Positions 45,973 through 58,911 of a DNA stretch of 64,000 nt are shown piece after piece. Location of the stretch: contig JBMOMC010000001.1 in NCBI GenBank assembly GCA_049325335.1, positions 532,193-596,192 on the forward strand. The letters are read 5' to 3'. Every line of letters starts with the position of its first letter. The first letter of the stretch is position 1. Origin of the DNA: Nitrospirota bacterium. GTDB taxonomy: Bacteria > Nitrospirota > Nitrospiria > 2-01-FULL-66-17. The notes under the pieces were generated by a model, which was not told where the DNA came from, did not search any database, and saw nothing but the letters and a program-made list of their open reading frames with translations. The position numbers and the translations under genes are program-made.

Positions 45973-46878
45973 ATGCGCTGCCGCAAGTGCTCAGTGCGCG
46001 CCCTCATCAAACTGCCCCGCCACAACAGCGCGTTCTGCGCCGCTTGTTTTGACGAGTACGCCCTTGAGCAGGTCCAGCGCGCGATCAAGGCCGACCGCAT
46101 GTTCGGCCGCGACGAAAGCGTGGCGGTGGCGGTCTCCGGCGGGAAAGACAGCCTGGTGCTTTGGGAGATGCTGTCGCGCCTGGGGTATCGCACCATCGGC
46201 TTGCACATCGACCTTGGGATCGGCGCCTACTCCGAGACCTCCCGCGCGAAGGCCGAGGCCTTCGCGCGAACGCGGAACCTGCCCCTGATCGTCCACGCGT
46301 TGCGTGAGGCGCACGGGCTCGGGATTTCCGAAATCGCGGACACCGTGCGCCGTCCGGCCTGCTCCGCGTGCGGGGTGATCAAACGCTACAACATGAACGC
46401 GATTGCGGCGGAACACGGGATACCGGTGCTGGCCACGGGCCACAACCTGGACGACGAGGCCGCGCGGCTTCTGGGCAACGTGTTGCACTGGCAGGACGAC
46501 TATTTGGACAAACAATCGCCCGCGTTGCCCGCGTCGCACCCCAAGTTGGTGCGCAAGGTCAAACCCTTGTACCGTTTGGCGGAACGCGAGATCGCGGCGT
46601 GGGCCGTCCTGCGAAAAATCGACTACATCGTGGACGAATGCCCGAACAGCGTGGGCTCCAAAATGCTGATCTACAAGGACGCGCTAAACCGGTTGGAGGC
46701 CGCCGCGCCGGGGACCAAGCACCAATTTTATCTCCAGTTCCTGGATCGACAGAAGGCGCGCGCCCCCTTGGTGGCGCTCACGCCCGACCTTCGTGAGTGC
46801 GTGTCCTGCGGCCAACCCAGCACGGCCGAGGTATGCGGGTACTGCAAACTGATCGCGCCGCTGAAAGTCGTCCCGTGA
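45973..46878 (+). CDS. ttuA: tRNA 2-thiolase TtuA
   Basis: N- and C-terminal zinc fingers, SGGKDS PP-loop, CSACG, GHNLDDE. Confidence 0.9.
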   Translation: MRCRKCSVRALIKLPRHNSAFCAACFDEYALEQVQRAIKADRMFGRDESVAVAVSGGKDSLVLWEMLSRLGYRTIGLHIDLGIGAYSETSRAKAEAFARTRNLPLIVHALREAHGLGISEIADTVRRPACSACGVIKRYNMNAIAAEHGIPVLATGHNLDDEAARLLGNVLHWQDDYLDKQSPALPASHPKLVRKVKPLYRLAEREIAAWAVLRKIDYIVDECPNSVGSKMLIYKDALNRLEAAAPGTKHQFYLQFLDRQKARAPLVALTPDLRECVSCGQPSTAEVCGYCKLIAPLKVVP

Positions 46879-47687
46879 CGTTTAAGGACGGCGAGCGCGT
46901 CCACCTGATCGACCGCAAGGGCCGGACCTACGCCCTGACTCTGCGCGCGGGCAAGATCCACCAACACAGCGGCCAAACCATTGCCCACGACGCGCTGATC
47001 GGCATCGAGGACGGCTCCTCGGTCACGCTCTCCGGGGGCGCCAAGTTCGTGGTGCTGCGGCCGACGTTGGCCGAATACATCATGAAAATGCCCCGCGGCG
47101 CGCAGGTCATCTATCCAAAAGATCTGGCGACGATCCTGCTGTGGGCCGACATCTACCCCGGGGCCACGGTGGTCGAAGCCGGAATCGGGTCCGGCGCGCT
47201 GACCATGACGTTGCTGCGGGCGGTTGGAGAGTCCGGGCGCGTGGTGTCGTACGAAATCCGTGACGATTTCGCGGATCGCGCGCTGGAGAACATTGAACGT
47301 TATTTAGGCAAAGTGGTCCACCACGTGCTGCACCGCAAGGACATCACCCTCGGCATCGAGGAACACGAGGTGGATCGCGTGGTGTTGGATCTCCCCGAGC
47401 CTTGGCGCGTGGTGCCTGAGGCGGTCGCCGCCCTGCGCACCGGCGGTATTTTTTTGTCGTACCTGCCGACCGTGCCGCAGGTCGTCAAGGTGGTGGAAGC
47501 GCTCCATGGCAGCGGCGCGTTCAGTATGATCGAGACGTTCGAGACGCTGCAACGCCCGTGGAACATCGAGGGCCGGAGCGTGCGCCCCGCGCTGCGGATG
47601 GTCGCCCACTCCGCGTTTCTCACCGTGGCCCGAAAACTGGCCGCGCCCGTGGTGCTCGACCCCGACGATGTCCCGGAAGGCGGCTGA
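46875..47687 (+). CDS. trmI: tRNA m1A58 methyltransferase
   Basis: MPRGAQVIYPKD, EAGIGSGALT, LDLPEPW, MVAHSAFL. Confidence 0.93.
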   Translation: MTFKDGERVHLIDRKGRTYALTLRAGKIHQHSGQTIAHDALIGIEDGSSVTLSGGAKFVVLRPTLAEYIMKMPRGAQVIYPKDLATILLWADIYPGATVVEAGIGSGALTMTLLRAVGESGRVVSYEIRDDFADRALENIERYLGKVVHHVLHRKDITLGIEEHEVDRVVLDLPEPWRVVPEAVAALRTGGIFLSYLPTVPQVVKVVEALHGSGAFSMIETFETLQRPWNIEGRSVRPALRMVAHSAFLTVARKLAAPVVLDPDDVPEGG

Positions 47688-47756
47688 CCGCCGCGCCTCA
47701 ACGCGGTACAACCCGTGCGAGTACACGAACCGTTGTTCGGCAACCAAGGAGGATGT

Positions 47757-48359
47757 ATGGACGTGGTGAGTTGGATCGTGATCGGCGTCGTGGGTATGGT
47801 CTTGGCGGGGCAACCCGATGAAGCGGAAGCCAAAAAGCTTAAACCGGGAACGTACGCGGTCTTCGAGACCACGTTGGGCAAGATCGTGTGCCGCCTCTTT
47901 GAGAAGGAGGCTCCGCAGACCGTGGCAAATTTCATCGGTCTGGCCGAAGGCACCAAGGAATGGACCGACCCCAAAACCGGACAGAAGGTCAAGCGCCCGT
48001 TCTACGACGGACTGATCTTTCATCGGGTCATTCCTGACTTTATGATCCAGGGCGGCGACCCCCGCGGCGATGGAACCGGCGGACCCGGGTATCAATTCGG
48101 GGATGAATTCTCCCCAGCGCTCAAACACGATAAACCGGGACGCCTGTCCATGGCCAATGCAGGTCCCGGCACAAACGGCAGCCAGTTCTTTATCACGGAA
48201 AAAGAAACCTCGTGGCTCGACGGCCGACACACGATTTTCGGGGAAGTGGTTGAAGGGCAGGCGGTTGTGGCCAAGATTGCCAGAACGCCGAAAGATGGGC
48301 GCGATCGTCCGGTGACCCCGGTGGTAATGAAAAAGGTCACCATTCTGAGGCAGCAATAA
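47757..48359 (+). CDS. Exported cyclophilin-type PPIase
   Basis: [30 protein letters not shown]; hydrophobic N-terminus. Confidence 0.94.
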   Translation: MDVVSWIVIGVVGMVLAGQPDEAEAKKLKPGTYAVFETTLGKIVCRLFEKEAPQTVANFIGLAEGTKEWTDPKTGQKVKRPFYDGLIFHRVIPDFMIQGGDPRGDGTGGPGYQFGDEFSPALKHDKPGRLSMANAGPGTNGSQFFITEKETSWLDGRHTIFGEVVEGQAVVAKIARTPKDGRDRPVTPVVMKKVTILRQQ

Positions 48360-48463
48360 GACGCCCCATCACGGTGTATCAGGGATCGAGGCGGTGCGAT
48401 GGATCGGTTGACCGGGGAACGCTCCGGCGGGAAGCTGAGCGGGCAGCCGGCTCAGCGGGCGAA

Positions 48464-48616
48464 CTAGCCGTGTTGCTTGGCGAGCTCCATGGTTTGGCGC
48501 GCCGGGGCCGGGGTCGCCAAGCGGATTCGGATGGTGATTTCCTCGGCGTCCTTCGGCAAGGGTTCCGACAGCACGAGGTGCGTATCCCCAACAACCGTGG
48601 CATGAACCAGCTTCAT
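48464..48616 (-). CDS. Small protein (50 aa) not in the ORF track
   Basis: AAGGAG RBS; MKLVHATVVGDTHLVLSEPLPKDAEEITIRIRL...; downstream hairpin 48434-48456. Confidence 0.5.
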   Translation of the reverse strand: MKLVHATVVGDTHLVLSEPLPKDAEEITIRIRLATPAPARQTMELAKQHG

Positions 48617-48750
48617 ACTTATCCCGCTCCTTCCAAGGTTAGTTTTAAGCGATAAACCGCGAGATCATACCAGACATTCCGCGAAATCGTCAACCACAAT
48701 ATGCTCAGGGCACGCTTTTTGACAAAAATGTTCCATTCTCAGTGAGATAC

Positions 48751-49605
48751 ATGGCTCAACTCGAAGACGAGTGGTTCGACATTATCGCAAAGGCACGCTC
48801 AGGGCACGACTTTTCTCTGGCACATGTTGCCGAACTCGTTGGGGTTTCGTTCGAGGCGTTAGAATCCTGGGAAGCCGGATCAGGCGCCCCCACTGCCGTT
48901 CAATTCGCCTTACTCGCCAAGACCTTACACCTCGATGCCGCAAAACTCGCGGCTGTTCAACGCGGACAAGCACGCCCCACGACCCCACTCCCCCAACCAT
49001 CAGACGGCCTCCGCGTCGAGACACTCACCGGGTTGATGCACGGGTACGCGGTGCACGCGTACCTGCTCTATCGTGAGGGAGAACCTGACGCGGTCTTGAT
49101 CGACACGGGGTACGAACCGATCCGCGCCATCGAGACGGTGTTGCACCGGCGATTGTTGTTGCGCTGGGTGGCGCTCACCCACTGCCACCAAGATCACATG
49201 GAGGGCGCCGCGCTGATCAAAACGCAAACCGGCGCGCGGGTCGCGGCGCCCAAAGCCGAGATCGCCACGTACCGCGCGCATCATCGGGAAACGCCGGATC
49301 TGGCGGTGGAAGACGGGACAGTCATCACGGTCAGCCCAACCGTCTCCCTCACCGCGATCGCCACGCCGGGCCATACGGCCGGGGGCACGTGTTATGCGAT
49401 CGGAAACGTCTGCGCGGTGGGCGACGCCCTGTTCGCCGGATCAATGGGACGGGCCATGTCTCCGGGCGGCTACCGCTCACTCCGGACGGCGGTCGCCACC
49501 CGAATCCTTGCGCTCCCCACCGCCACGATCCTGCTGCCCGGGCACGGCCCCATCACCACGGTCGCCGACGAACTCCGCCACAACCCGTTCTTCCCAGACA
49601 CGTAA
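48751..49605 (+). CDS. HTH-fused metallo-beta-lactamase-fold hydrolase
   Basis: THCHQDH, TPGHT, GDALFAGS, PGHG; N-terminal XRE-like helices. Confidence 0.88.
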   Translation: MAQLEDEWFDIIAKARSGHDFSLAHVAELVGVSFEALESWEAGSGAPTAVQFALLAKTLHLDAAKLAAVQRGQARPTTPLPQPSDGLRVETLTGLMHGYAVHAYLLYREGEPDAVLIDTGYEPIRAIETVLHRRLLLRWVALTHCHQDHMEGAALIKTQTGARVAAPKAEIATYRAHHRETPDLAVEDGTVITVSPTVSLTAIATPGHTAGGTCYAIGNVCAVGDALFAGSMGRAMSPGGYRSLRTAVATRILALPTATILLPGHGPITTVADELRHNPFFPDT

Positions 49606-49653
49606 CGACGGACAAAGATCCCGCGCACGAGGCTGTCCGAGTATCCCCAGTTG

Positions 49654-49778
49654 GAGCCTGTTCAGGGAAGGCCAGATGCAAGGCGGAGGGAGAGCCTTGC
49701 GCGCGGAGCGTACTGGGTCGTACGTGAGCACGTAAGGCCGACCGACAACGCCGCAGATGGCCTTTCATGGACAGGCTC
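49654..49778. repeat. ~125-nt hairpin/MITE-like element, copy 1
   Basis: Imperfect 21-bp terminal IR gagcctgttcagggaaggcca / tggcctttcatggacaggctc; core shared with 60108-60234. Confidence 0.75.
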
Positions 49779-51338
49779 TTAGGCGTGAGGGGCGGCCGGG
49801 CCGGTCACACGGCTGGCCATCACCAACAACCAACCGGCGACCGTGGCGTAGGCCGCGCTGAGGATCCACGGCGTTGCGGTCTCCGCGAGCCACGGGAAAA
49901 ACAATCGGCCGTTCTCGTACGGCGAGTGCATCACGCCGAAGAGCGCCGCGATCGCGCCCGCGGCCATAAGCGCGGCGGCGCGCCGAAGCCGGCCGTCGAT
50001 GATAAACGCCGTGGTCCCGGCCCACACCAGCGCCGTGACGACAAATCCGTTCCCCAACAAAAGCATGGCGCGGTACGTGCCGGCAAACTCCCCTTGGAGG
50101 GCCGACGGCTGCACCCCCAGATTCCCCATGAGCGCGTTGCTCTGAATCAGGACCAATCCCGCGAGCACCGGGAGGAACGCGATGGCCAAGGCGGGGTGAT
50201 GCGCTTTGGGGGTGGCGGCAAACGTCTGGGCCGTGATCTCCAACCCGATAAAGATCAAGATCGGCGCGACCACGGCTTCCGGGATCAATCCGGCCAAGAA
50301 TGAAATATGCCCCAGCGCGCCGCCGAGCCCGACCACCAACCCTGCGGCCAGGGTATACCCGGCGCCGCCCCCCATCCGTTTGTACGCGGGATGCCCGATG
50401 TAGGGCGTGGTCTGCACCACGGCGCCGCACAGCCCGCCGATAAGAGTGGAGAGGCCGTCGGTCAAGATGATCCGACCGGTCGGATACTCGTCGCCGGATG
50501 ACGCCGCGCTTTCCGTCACGTCGATGCCCCCGATCACCACGACTAGGGCGAACGGCAGCGCCAGCGGGAGATAGGTGGGCAGCGACGGGAGGCCGTCGAG
50601 GAACCCGAGCGACGGCCACGGCACCGCGATCCGCCACGCGCTGTGCCCGTTCTGAAGCGCGCTGTGCGGGACCCCGAGTCCCAGCGCCTGCAACGCGTAG
50701 TACACGGCCAGCCCCACCACGACCGCGGCAAACGCGCCGGGCAGTCGCCCGGGAAACTGATGGCGGCCGATCAAACAGACCAAAATCACACCGAGGGCAA
50801 TGAACGCGGGGACGGGATCGTACATCATCCGCAGCGACGGGAAAAACGCAATCAACACCAATGCAATAGCCGCGATCGGGCCCAACAGCCCGGCCCGCGG
50901 AATGACGCGGCGAACCGCCTCCCCGATGAACGCACCGCCGATCTTCACCACCCCGACCGTGACGATTACCGCGCTCGCGATCCGCCAGGTGAGGGTCGCG
51001 TCCTTGGTCGCCAGATACGCGGGCCCCACAACCCCGAACGTAAACGCGAACAAGGACGGCGTGTCGATGCCGAGCGGCATGGCCGTCACGTCGGTGCGTC
51101 CGGATCGCACGGCGAGCGACACCGCCATCCGCGTGAACACCAGGTTCCCGATCAAGACCCCGATCACGGAGCCAGGAATCATCCCGTACAGGACGACGTC
51201 GGCCGGCATGCCGAACGCGCCGATCAAAATCGACGCCATGATCACCATTTGAGTCAAGTTATCGACCGCCAGCCCGAAAAAGGCGTTGACGTCGCCGGGA
51301 CGAAACAACACGCTGCGTATGATGGAGCCGGGAGGCAT
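49779..51338 (-). CDS. NCS2/AzgA-like nucleobase permease
   Basis: GDVNAFFGL..DNL, TAMPLGIDTP, TPYIGHPAYKRMG; many TM helices. Confidence 0.8.
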   Translation of the reverse strand: MPPGSIIRSVLFRPGDVNAFFGLAVDNLTQMVIMASILIGAFGMPADVVLYGMIPGSVIGVLIGNLVFTRMAVSLAVRSGRTDVTAMPLGIDTPSLFAFTFGVVGPAYLATKDATLTWRIASAVIVTVGVVKIGGAFIGEAVRRVIPRAGLLGPIAAIALVLIAFFPSLRMMYDPVPAFIALGVILVCLIGRHQFPGRLPGAFAAVVVGLAVYYALQALGLGVPHSALQNGHSAWRIAVPWPSLGFLDGLPSLPTYLPLALPFALVVVIGGIDVTESAASSGDEYPTGRIILTDGLSTLIGGLCGAVVQTTPYIGHPAYKRMGGGAGYTLAAGLVVGLGGALGHISFLAGLIPEAVVAPILIFIGLEITAQTFAATPKAHHPALAIAFLPVLAGLVLIQSNALMGNLGVQPSALQGEFAGTYRAMLLLGNGFVVTALVWAGTTAFIIDGRLRRAAALMAAGAIAALFGVMHSPYENGRLFFPWLAETATPWILSAAYATVAGWLLVMASRVTGPAAPHA

Positions 51339-51552
51339 GGCGTCGGATCTCCGCCGCGCTCGCGAAAGCGCGGGACGCGTCAGTATACTGAACTCGACTA
51401 TCACCCGCAACGCCAATCCGTCGCGCTGATTGACCCGAGATCTTGAATATTTGACAGGTCAGAACGAGTTTGTTTAGCATACGCGCAATATGCACGTCGG
51501 GGATGTGCCGTTCCGGGCTTTCCCCGCCGCACAACCCAGGTCGGAGCGCACC

Positions 51553-52233
51553 ATGGATACGGCGCACGTTGAACGGGTGTACTCGTCGTACTCGAAGATT
51601 TACGATCTGATCTTCGGACGCGTGTTCCACGTCTCGCGTTGCCACGCGGTCGACCTCCTGGGCTTGAAGCCGGGAGCGCGCGTGCTCGAAGTGGGGGTGG
51701 GAACCGGTTTATCCCTGCCGTTGTATCCCGTGGGATGCCGGGTCACGGGCATCGATGTGAGCGAAAAAATGCTGGAGAAGAGCCGCGAGAAGATCGCGCG
51801 CCGCGGCTTGCGCGACGCGCGTGTCCTGCGCATGGACGCGTCGCACACCGCCTTCGCCGACAACGCGTTTGACGCGGTTTTGGCGGCCTACGTCATGAGC
51901 GTGGTTCCGGACCCGCAGGCCACGCTCCGCGAAATCGAACGGGTGTGCAAACCCGGCGGAACCATTGTAATTCTTAATCACTTCCACGCCACCCACCATG
52001 TGGGCGCGTTGGTTGAACGGGGGATCTCTCCGATGTGCCGCCAGATCGGATTTCGTTCGGACCTTGGACTGGACGATCTGCTCGCCGGATCAACCCTGCG
52101 GGTGTTGGTCCAGCGGACGATCGGGCCGTTCGGGTATTGGACGTTGATTCAAGCCATCAACGACAAACCCCGGCGGCTGCTGCGCGCCGTCGGGGTCGAT
52201 CCCAGCCGCATGGAGCGGCGCGCGGCCTCTTAG
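51553..52233 (+). CDS. Phospholipid N-methyltransferase (PmtA-like, SAM-dependent)
   Basis: YDLIFG, LEVGVGTGLSL, YVMSVVPDP, ILNHF. Confidence 0.8.
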   Translation: MDTAHVERVYSSYSKIYDLIFGRVFHVSRCHAVDLLGLKPGARVLEVGVGTGLSLPLYPVGCRVTGIDVSEKMLEKSREKIARRGLRDARVLRMDASHTAFADNAFDAVLAAYVMSVVPDPQATLREIERVCKPGGTIVILNHFHATHHVGALVERGISPMCRQIGFRSDLGLDDLLAGSTLRVLVQRTIGPFGYWTLIQAINDKPRRLLRAVGVDPSRMERRAAS

Positions 52234-52504
52234 GTCCCGCCCGACAATGCGGTCGCGAGCACGGTCACGCGGTCGTCGAGCACTTCCACGATGCCTCCCG
52301 CGAGTTCCACACGTTTGGTGGTCTCGCCCATGCGGTACACCAAGGGCCCTGGCCTAAGCGCGGTGAGAAAGGTGATGTGGCCCGGCAACACGCCGAAGTC
52401 TCCTTCCACGCCCTGGGCCGTCACTTCATCCACCACCTCCGACACCACGAGCGCTTCCGGGGTCACAATGTCAAGGTGCAGCCGGCCTTCGGAGCGGCTC
52501 TCCA

Positions 52505-52505
<1 letters not shown>
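52230..52505 (-). CDS. atpC: ATP synthase epsilon (short form)
   Basis: LDIVTPE, GDFGVLPGH, GGIVEV. Confidence 0.93.
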
Positions 52506-53938
<1,433 letters not shown>

Positions 53939-53957
53939 TCACAGATTAGGGAGAAAC

Positions 53958-53981
53958 GGGCGCACGGCCGTGCGCCCCTAC
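53958..53981 (-). repeat. GTAG-type REP-like palindrome overlapping the atpG stop
   Basis: GTAG-GGGCGCACGGCCGTGCGCCC; single copy in the window. Confidence 0.5.
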
Positions 53982-54847
53982 TTCAACGCCTCTGCGCCCC
54001 CGACAATATCCATCAATTCTTTCGTAATGGCGGCCTGCCGGGTCTTGTTGTAGATCAGCGTCAGCTTGGCGATCATCTCTTTGGCGTTGCGCGAGGCCGA
54101 ATCCATCGCCATCATGCGCGCGCCCTGCTCGCTGGCCGAGGACTCCAGCAGCGCCCGCCAGATCGCGATCTCCACCGCGCGCGGCACCAGATCGACCAGC
54201 AACGCTTCGTCCGACGGCTCGTACAGGTAGTCCGGCCCCGCGTCCGTCGCGGACGCATCGGTTCCCTCGGCCTGGATCGGCGCCACGCGTTTGACCTGGA
54301 TCTGGGACAACATGGCGGACTTAAATTCGCTGTAGATCAGCCAGCACTCGTCCACGGCGCCGGCCAGATACGCGTCCATCACGTTCTTGGCCAGCTCCGC
54401 CGCGTGCTCGAAGGACAATTTGTCGAACACGCCCGCCGCGGTGTGCCGGATTGGGATGTCACGGCGGCGGAAAAAATCGCGCGACTTGCGCCCCACGCAG
54501 GTGAGCGAGACCTCGCGTCCCTGCTCCCGCTGCGCGCGCGCGAGCTCCATCGCGCGCCGCACGAGTTGCGTGTTGAACGGGCCGCACAACCCGCGATCGG
54601 ACGCCACCACCACGATATCGACGCGCTTGATCGGACGAACCGCGAGCAACGGATGCACGTCGCGGCTCACGCGCCCACCCAGGTTGGACAGCAGGGCTTC
54701 CATCTTCTGCGCGTACGGCCGGGCCTTGAGAATCCGCTCTTGCGCGCGGCGGAGTTTTGCAGCGGACACCAGCTTCATGGCCTTGGTGATCTTCTGGGTG
54801 TTCTTGACGCTGCCGATACGGCGGCGGGTTTGCTGCAGACTCGGCAT
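53978..54847 (-). CDS. atpG: ATP synthase gamma
   Basis: ITKAMKLVSAAK, DRGLCG, RQAAITKEL. Confidence 0.98.
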   Translation of the reverse strand: MPSLQQTRRRIGSVKNTQKITKAMKLVSAAKLRRAQERILKARPYAQKMEALLSNLGGRVSRDVHPLLAVRPIKRVDIVVVASDRGLCGPFNTQLVRRAMELARAQREQGREVSLTCVGRKSRDFFRRRDIPIRHTAAGVFDKLSFEHAAELAKNVMDAYLAGAVDECWLIYSEFKSAMLSQIQVKRVAPIQAEGTDASATDAGPDYLYEPSDEALLVDLVPRAVEIAIWRALLESSASEQGARMMAMDSASRNAKEMIAKLTLIYNKTRQAAITKELMDIVGGAEALK

Positions 54848-54850
54848 GGA

Positions 54851-56368
<1,518 letters not shown>

Positions 56369-56398
56369 GCACGAACTCCTTCGTGGAAACGCCGCGGA

Positions 56399-56941
56399 CT
56401 AAGAGGCGACCAACTGCCGGCGTAGACGTTCCAACTGGCCTTTGAGACTGGCGTCGTAATACAGGCTGCCGGATCGGATCACCAATCCGCCAAGTACCGT
56501 GGGATCCACGGACACGTCGAGGGACACGGTCCGACCCGTGAGGGATTGCAGGCGTTGCGTGAGCGCGGCCTGTTCCTGCTGGTCCAGCGTCTTGGCGGAA
56601 ATCACGCTCACCCGGCGGCGGCCGGCGGCCTCATCCAACAGGGCTTGATACGCGCTCGCGATCGTCGACAGAAACGACAGCCGGTTTTTCTTCAACAACA
56701 ACGAAAGAAACTTCACCGCGAGTCCACCGGCCCCGGATCGCTCGATCGCCGCGATCAGCACCGCCCGCTTGGCTTCGATCGGGTAGCGCGGGTTCAAACA
56801 CGCGTCGGCCAGCGGTCCGCGCGCATCGAGCGATCGCCCCAACTCGGACAACGCGGCCGCGATCGCCTCGCACCCCGGATCGGTTTTCGTCAATTCAAAC
56901 AGCGCCTTGGCGTAGCGCCGTCCCAGCACTTCACCCTGCAC
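56399..56941 (-). CDS. atpH: ATP synthase delta
   Basis: RRYAKALF, VDPTVLGG, DASLKGQL. Confidence 0.93.
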   Translation of the reverse strand: MQGEVLGRRYAKALFELTKTDPGCEAIAAALSELGRSLDARGPLADACLNPRYPIEAKRAVLIAAIERSGAGGLAVKFLSLLLKKNRLSFLSTIASAYQALLDEAAGRRRVSVISAKTLDQQEQAALTQRLQSLTGRTVSLDVSVDPTVLGGLVIRSGSLYYDASLKGQLERLRRQLVAS

Positions 56942-57075
56942 GATACGCCCCCTAAAACAAAGGCGGTACCGTAGCACAGGCTCCCAAAAGAAGTCAATTC
57001 GCCCTATACGGCGCGTCGACGCGACACCCGAAACTCATCCACGTCGTGGCGACGCGGCAGGCACTGCGCCATGTC

Positions 57076-58776
57076 TCAGGGAATCCGCTGGGTGATCTGG
57101 CTCAAGAAGGTTCGGAGCGCGGGGAGAAATCGTAGAGCGAGCGCGGCCATAACGGCACCGCCGATTGCCACGGCCGCGATGATCAGGACACGCCGGGTTT
57201 TCCCGCGTCGATCGTGCGACCGCGCATTGGCGACGCTGGCGCCCGACCGTTGGGAACCCCGTGTGAGCGCGGCCAACACCTCGTCCACGTTGGCGTAACG
57301 TTGGGAGACGTCTCGCGAAACCATCGTGGTCAGCAGTGTTTGCACATCCGGCGGAAGCGTCCGAAATGTCTCGTGGTGGACCAATTTGCAGTGGTTCCAC
57401 GACGGCAGCGACCCGGTGACCATCTCATACACGATCATGCCCGCCGCATAGATATCCGCGGCTTGGGATCGCGGTTCATCCGGCGGGTGGTACCAATTCC
57501 CCTGGGCCCCGCCGGGTCCGTAGTGCTCGTCCAACCCAAAATCTGTGAGTTTGACGTGACCGTCCTCCGCGATCAGCACGTTGGACGGGCGTAGGTTGCC
57601 GTGCACGACGTGGTTCTTGTGCGCAAAACTCAGGCCCTCGAAGATGTCTCGCGCCACGGCCAAACCCTCGTGCCACGGCCGCACTTTGGCGAGGCGATCG
57701 CGAAGGCTCCCGCCGGTGACGTATTCCATCACGATGATAAATTGGGTGTCCATGCTCGAGACACCGTAGATCGGTACGATCCGCGGGTGGCGTAACGCAT
57801 GGAGTAATTTGGCCTCGCGCAGCCCGCCGGTTTTGCCCACGACTTTTTTGATGACCATCAACCGGTGATCCCCGCGATCCTCGAACAGATACACGGCGCC
57901 GTGCCGGTCCTGCTTGATCACGTCGAGCAACGCGAACTTGTTCTGCAGGTTCGCGAGGCCTTGCAGCGCGGACTGCTTCTGCGCCTGAGCCAAATGCGCG
58001 CCTTGGATGGCCTCCAGCAAGTGGTCTTTGAGTTCGTCGGCGCTCGCAACGCGACGCGCCGGATCAGACTCCAAACAGCGGGTGATCACCGCGTCAAGAC
58101 CGGAAGGGAGTTCCGGGTTCACGACGGACGGCGTGGTCGCGGTGCCTTCGAATCGCTGGCCGGTGAACAGTTCGTGCATCACCACGCCCAACGAATACAC
58201 ATCGCTCGCCGCGGTCACCGTCGACGAATCCACGCGTTGTTCGGGGGACATGTACCGCGGCGTGCCCATCACGACTGGACCGTCTCCATGGTTTCTGTCG
58301 GGGTCGTCGCCTTGGAACAGGTGCGCGATCCCGAAATCCGCCACCAGCGCGTTGCCTTCAGGATCGAGCAAAATGTTGCCGGGCTTGATGTCCCGGTGAA
58401 TCACGCCGTTTTTGTGCGCGTAGGCCAAGGCCTTGCAGACCTGCACGATGATCTCGGTTTTCTCGCGCAGGGTCTTGGTATTCTCCTTGATGACCTTGGC
58501 CAGGTCCGTGCCCTCGATAAATTCCATGATGAAATACGGCCGTCCGTCGCTGATGCCGCGGTCGATCACGTGGATGATGTTCGGGTGCCGGAGGCGGGCG
58601 ATGATCAGGGATTCGCGGTTGAATCGCTCCACAAACGACGGGTCCTGGCAGAACTTGGGGGACAGCACCTTGATGGCCACGGATCGGTTGAGCGACGTCT
58701 GGCGGCCCTTGTACACCAAGGCCATACCGCCTTGCCCGATCTTGTCGAGGACCTGATAATCCGCGAGCCGCGCCAC
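57076..58776 (-). CDS. Hanks Ser/Thr kinase + pseudokinase + C-terminal TM
   Basis: GQGGMALVY, HRDIKPGN, DFG; second domain HGNLRPSN, DFG. Confidence 0.9.
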   Translation of the reverse strand: MARLADYQVLDKIGQGGMALVYKGRQTSLNRSVAIKVLSPKFCQDPSFVERFNRESLIIARLRHPNIIHVIDRGISDGRPYFIMEFIEGTDLAKVIKENTKTLREKTEIIVQVCKALAYAHKNGVIHRDIKPGNILLDPEGNALVADFGIAHLFQGDDPDRNHGDGPVVMGTPRYMSPEQRVDSSTVTAASDVYSLGVVMHELFTGQRFEGTATTPSVVNPELPSGLDAVITRCLESDPARRVASADELKDHLLEAIQGAHLAQAQKQSALQGLANLQNKFALLDVIKQDRHGAVYLFEDRGDHRLMVIKKVVGKTGGLREAKLLHALRHPRIVPIYGVSSMDTQFIIVMEYVTGGSLRDRLAKVRPWHEGLAVARDIFEGLSFAHKNHVVHGNLRPSNVLIAEDGHVKLTDFGLDEHYGPGGAQGNWYHPPDEPRSQAADIYAAGMIVYEMVTGSLPSWNHCKLVHHETFRTLPPDVQTLLTTMVSRDVSQRYANVDEVLAALTRGSQRSGASVANARSHDRRGKTRRVLIIAAVAIGGAVMAALALRFLPALRTFLSQITQRIP

Positions 58777-58911
58777 GCGCTCCCTCCCTAAACCACGCCG
58801 AGGGTAAGGGTACTGCGCGGCGGTGAACGCGCAAGGCAGGATCAGAACATCAACGGAGGGGACTGGGGAAGGGTGACGGCTTCAACGGCGGAGCGAAACC
58901 ATCCTCCGACT

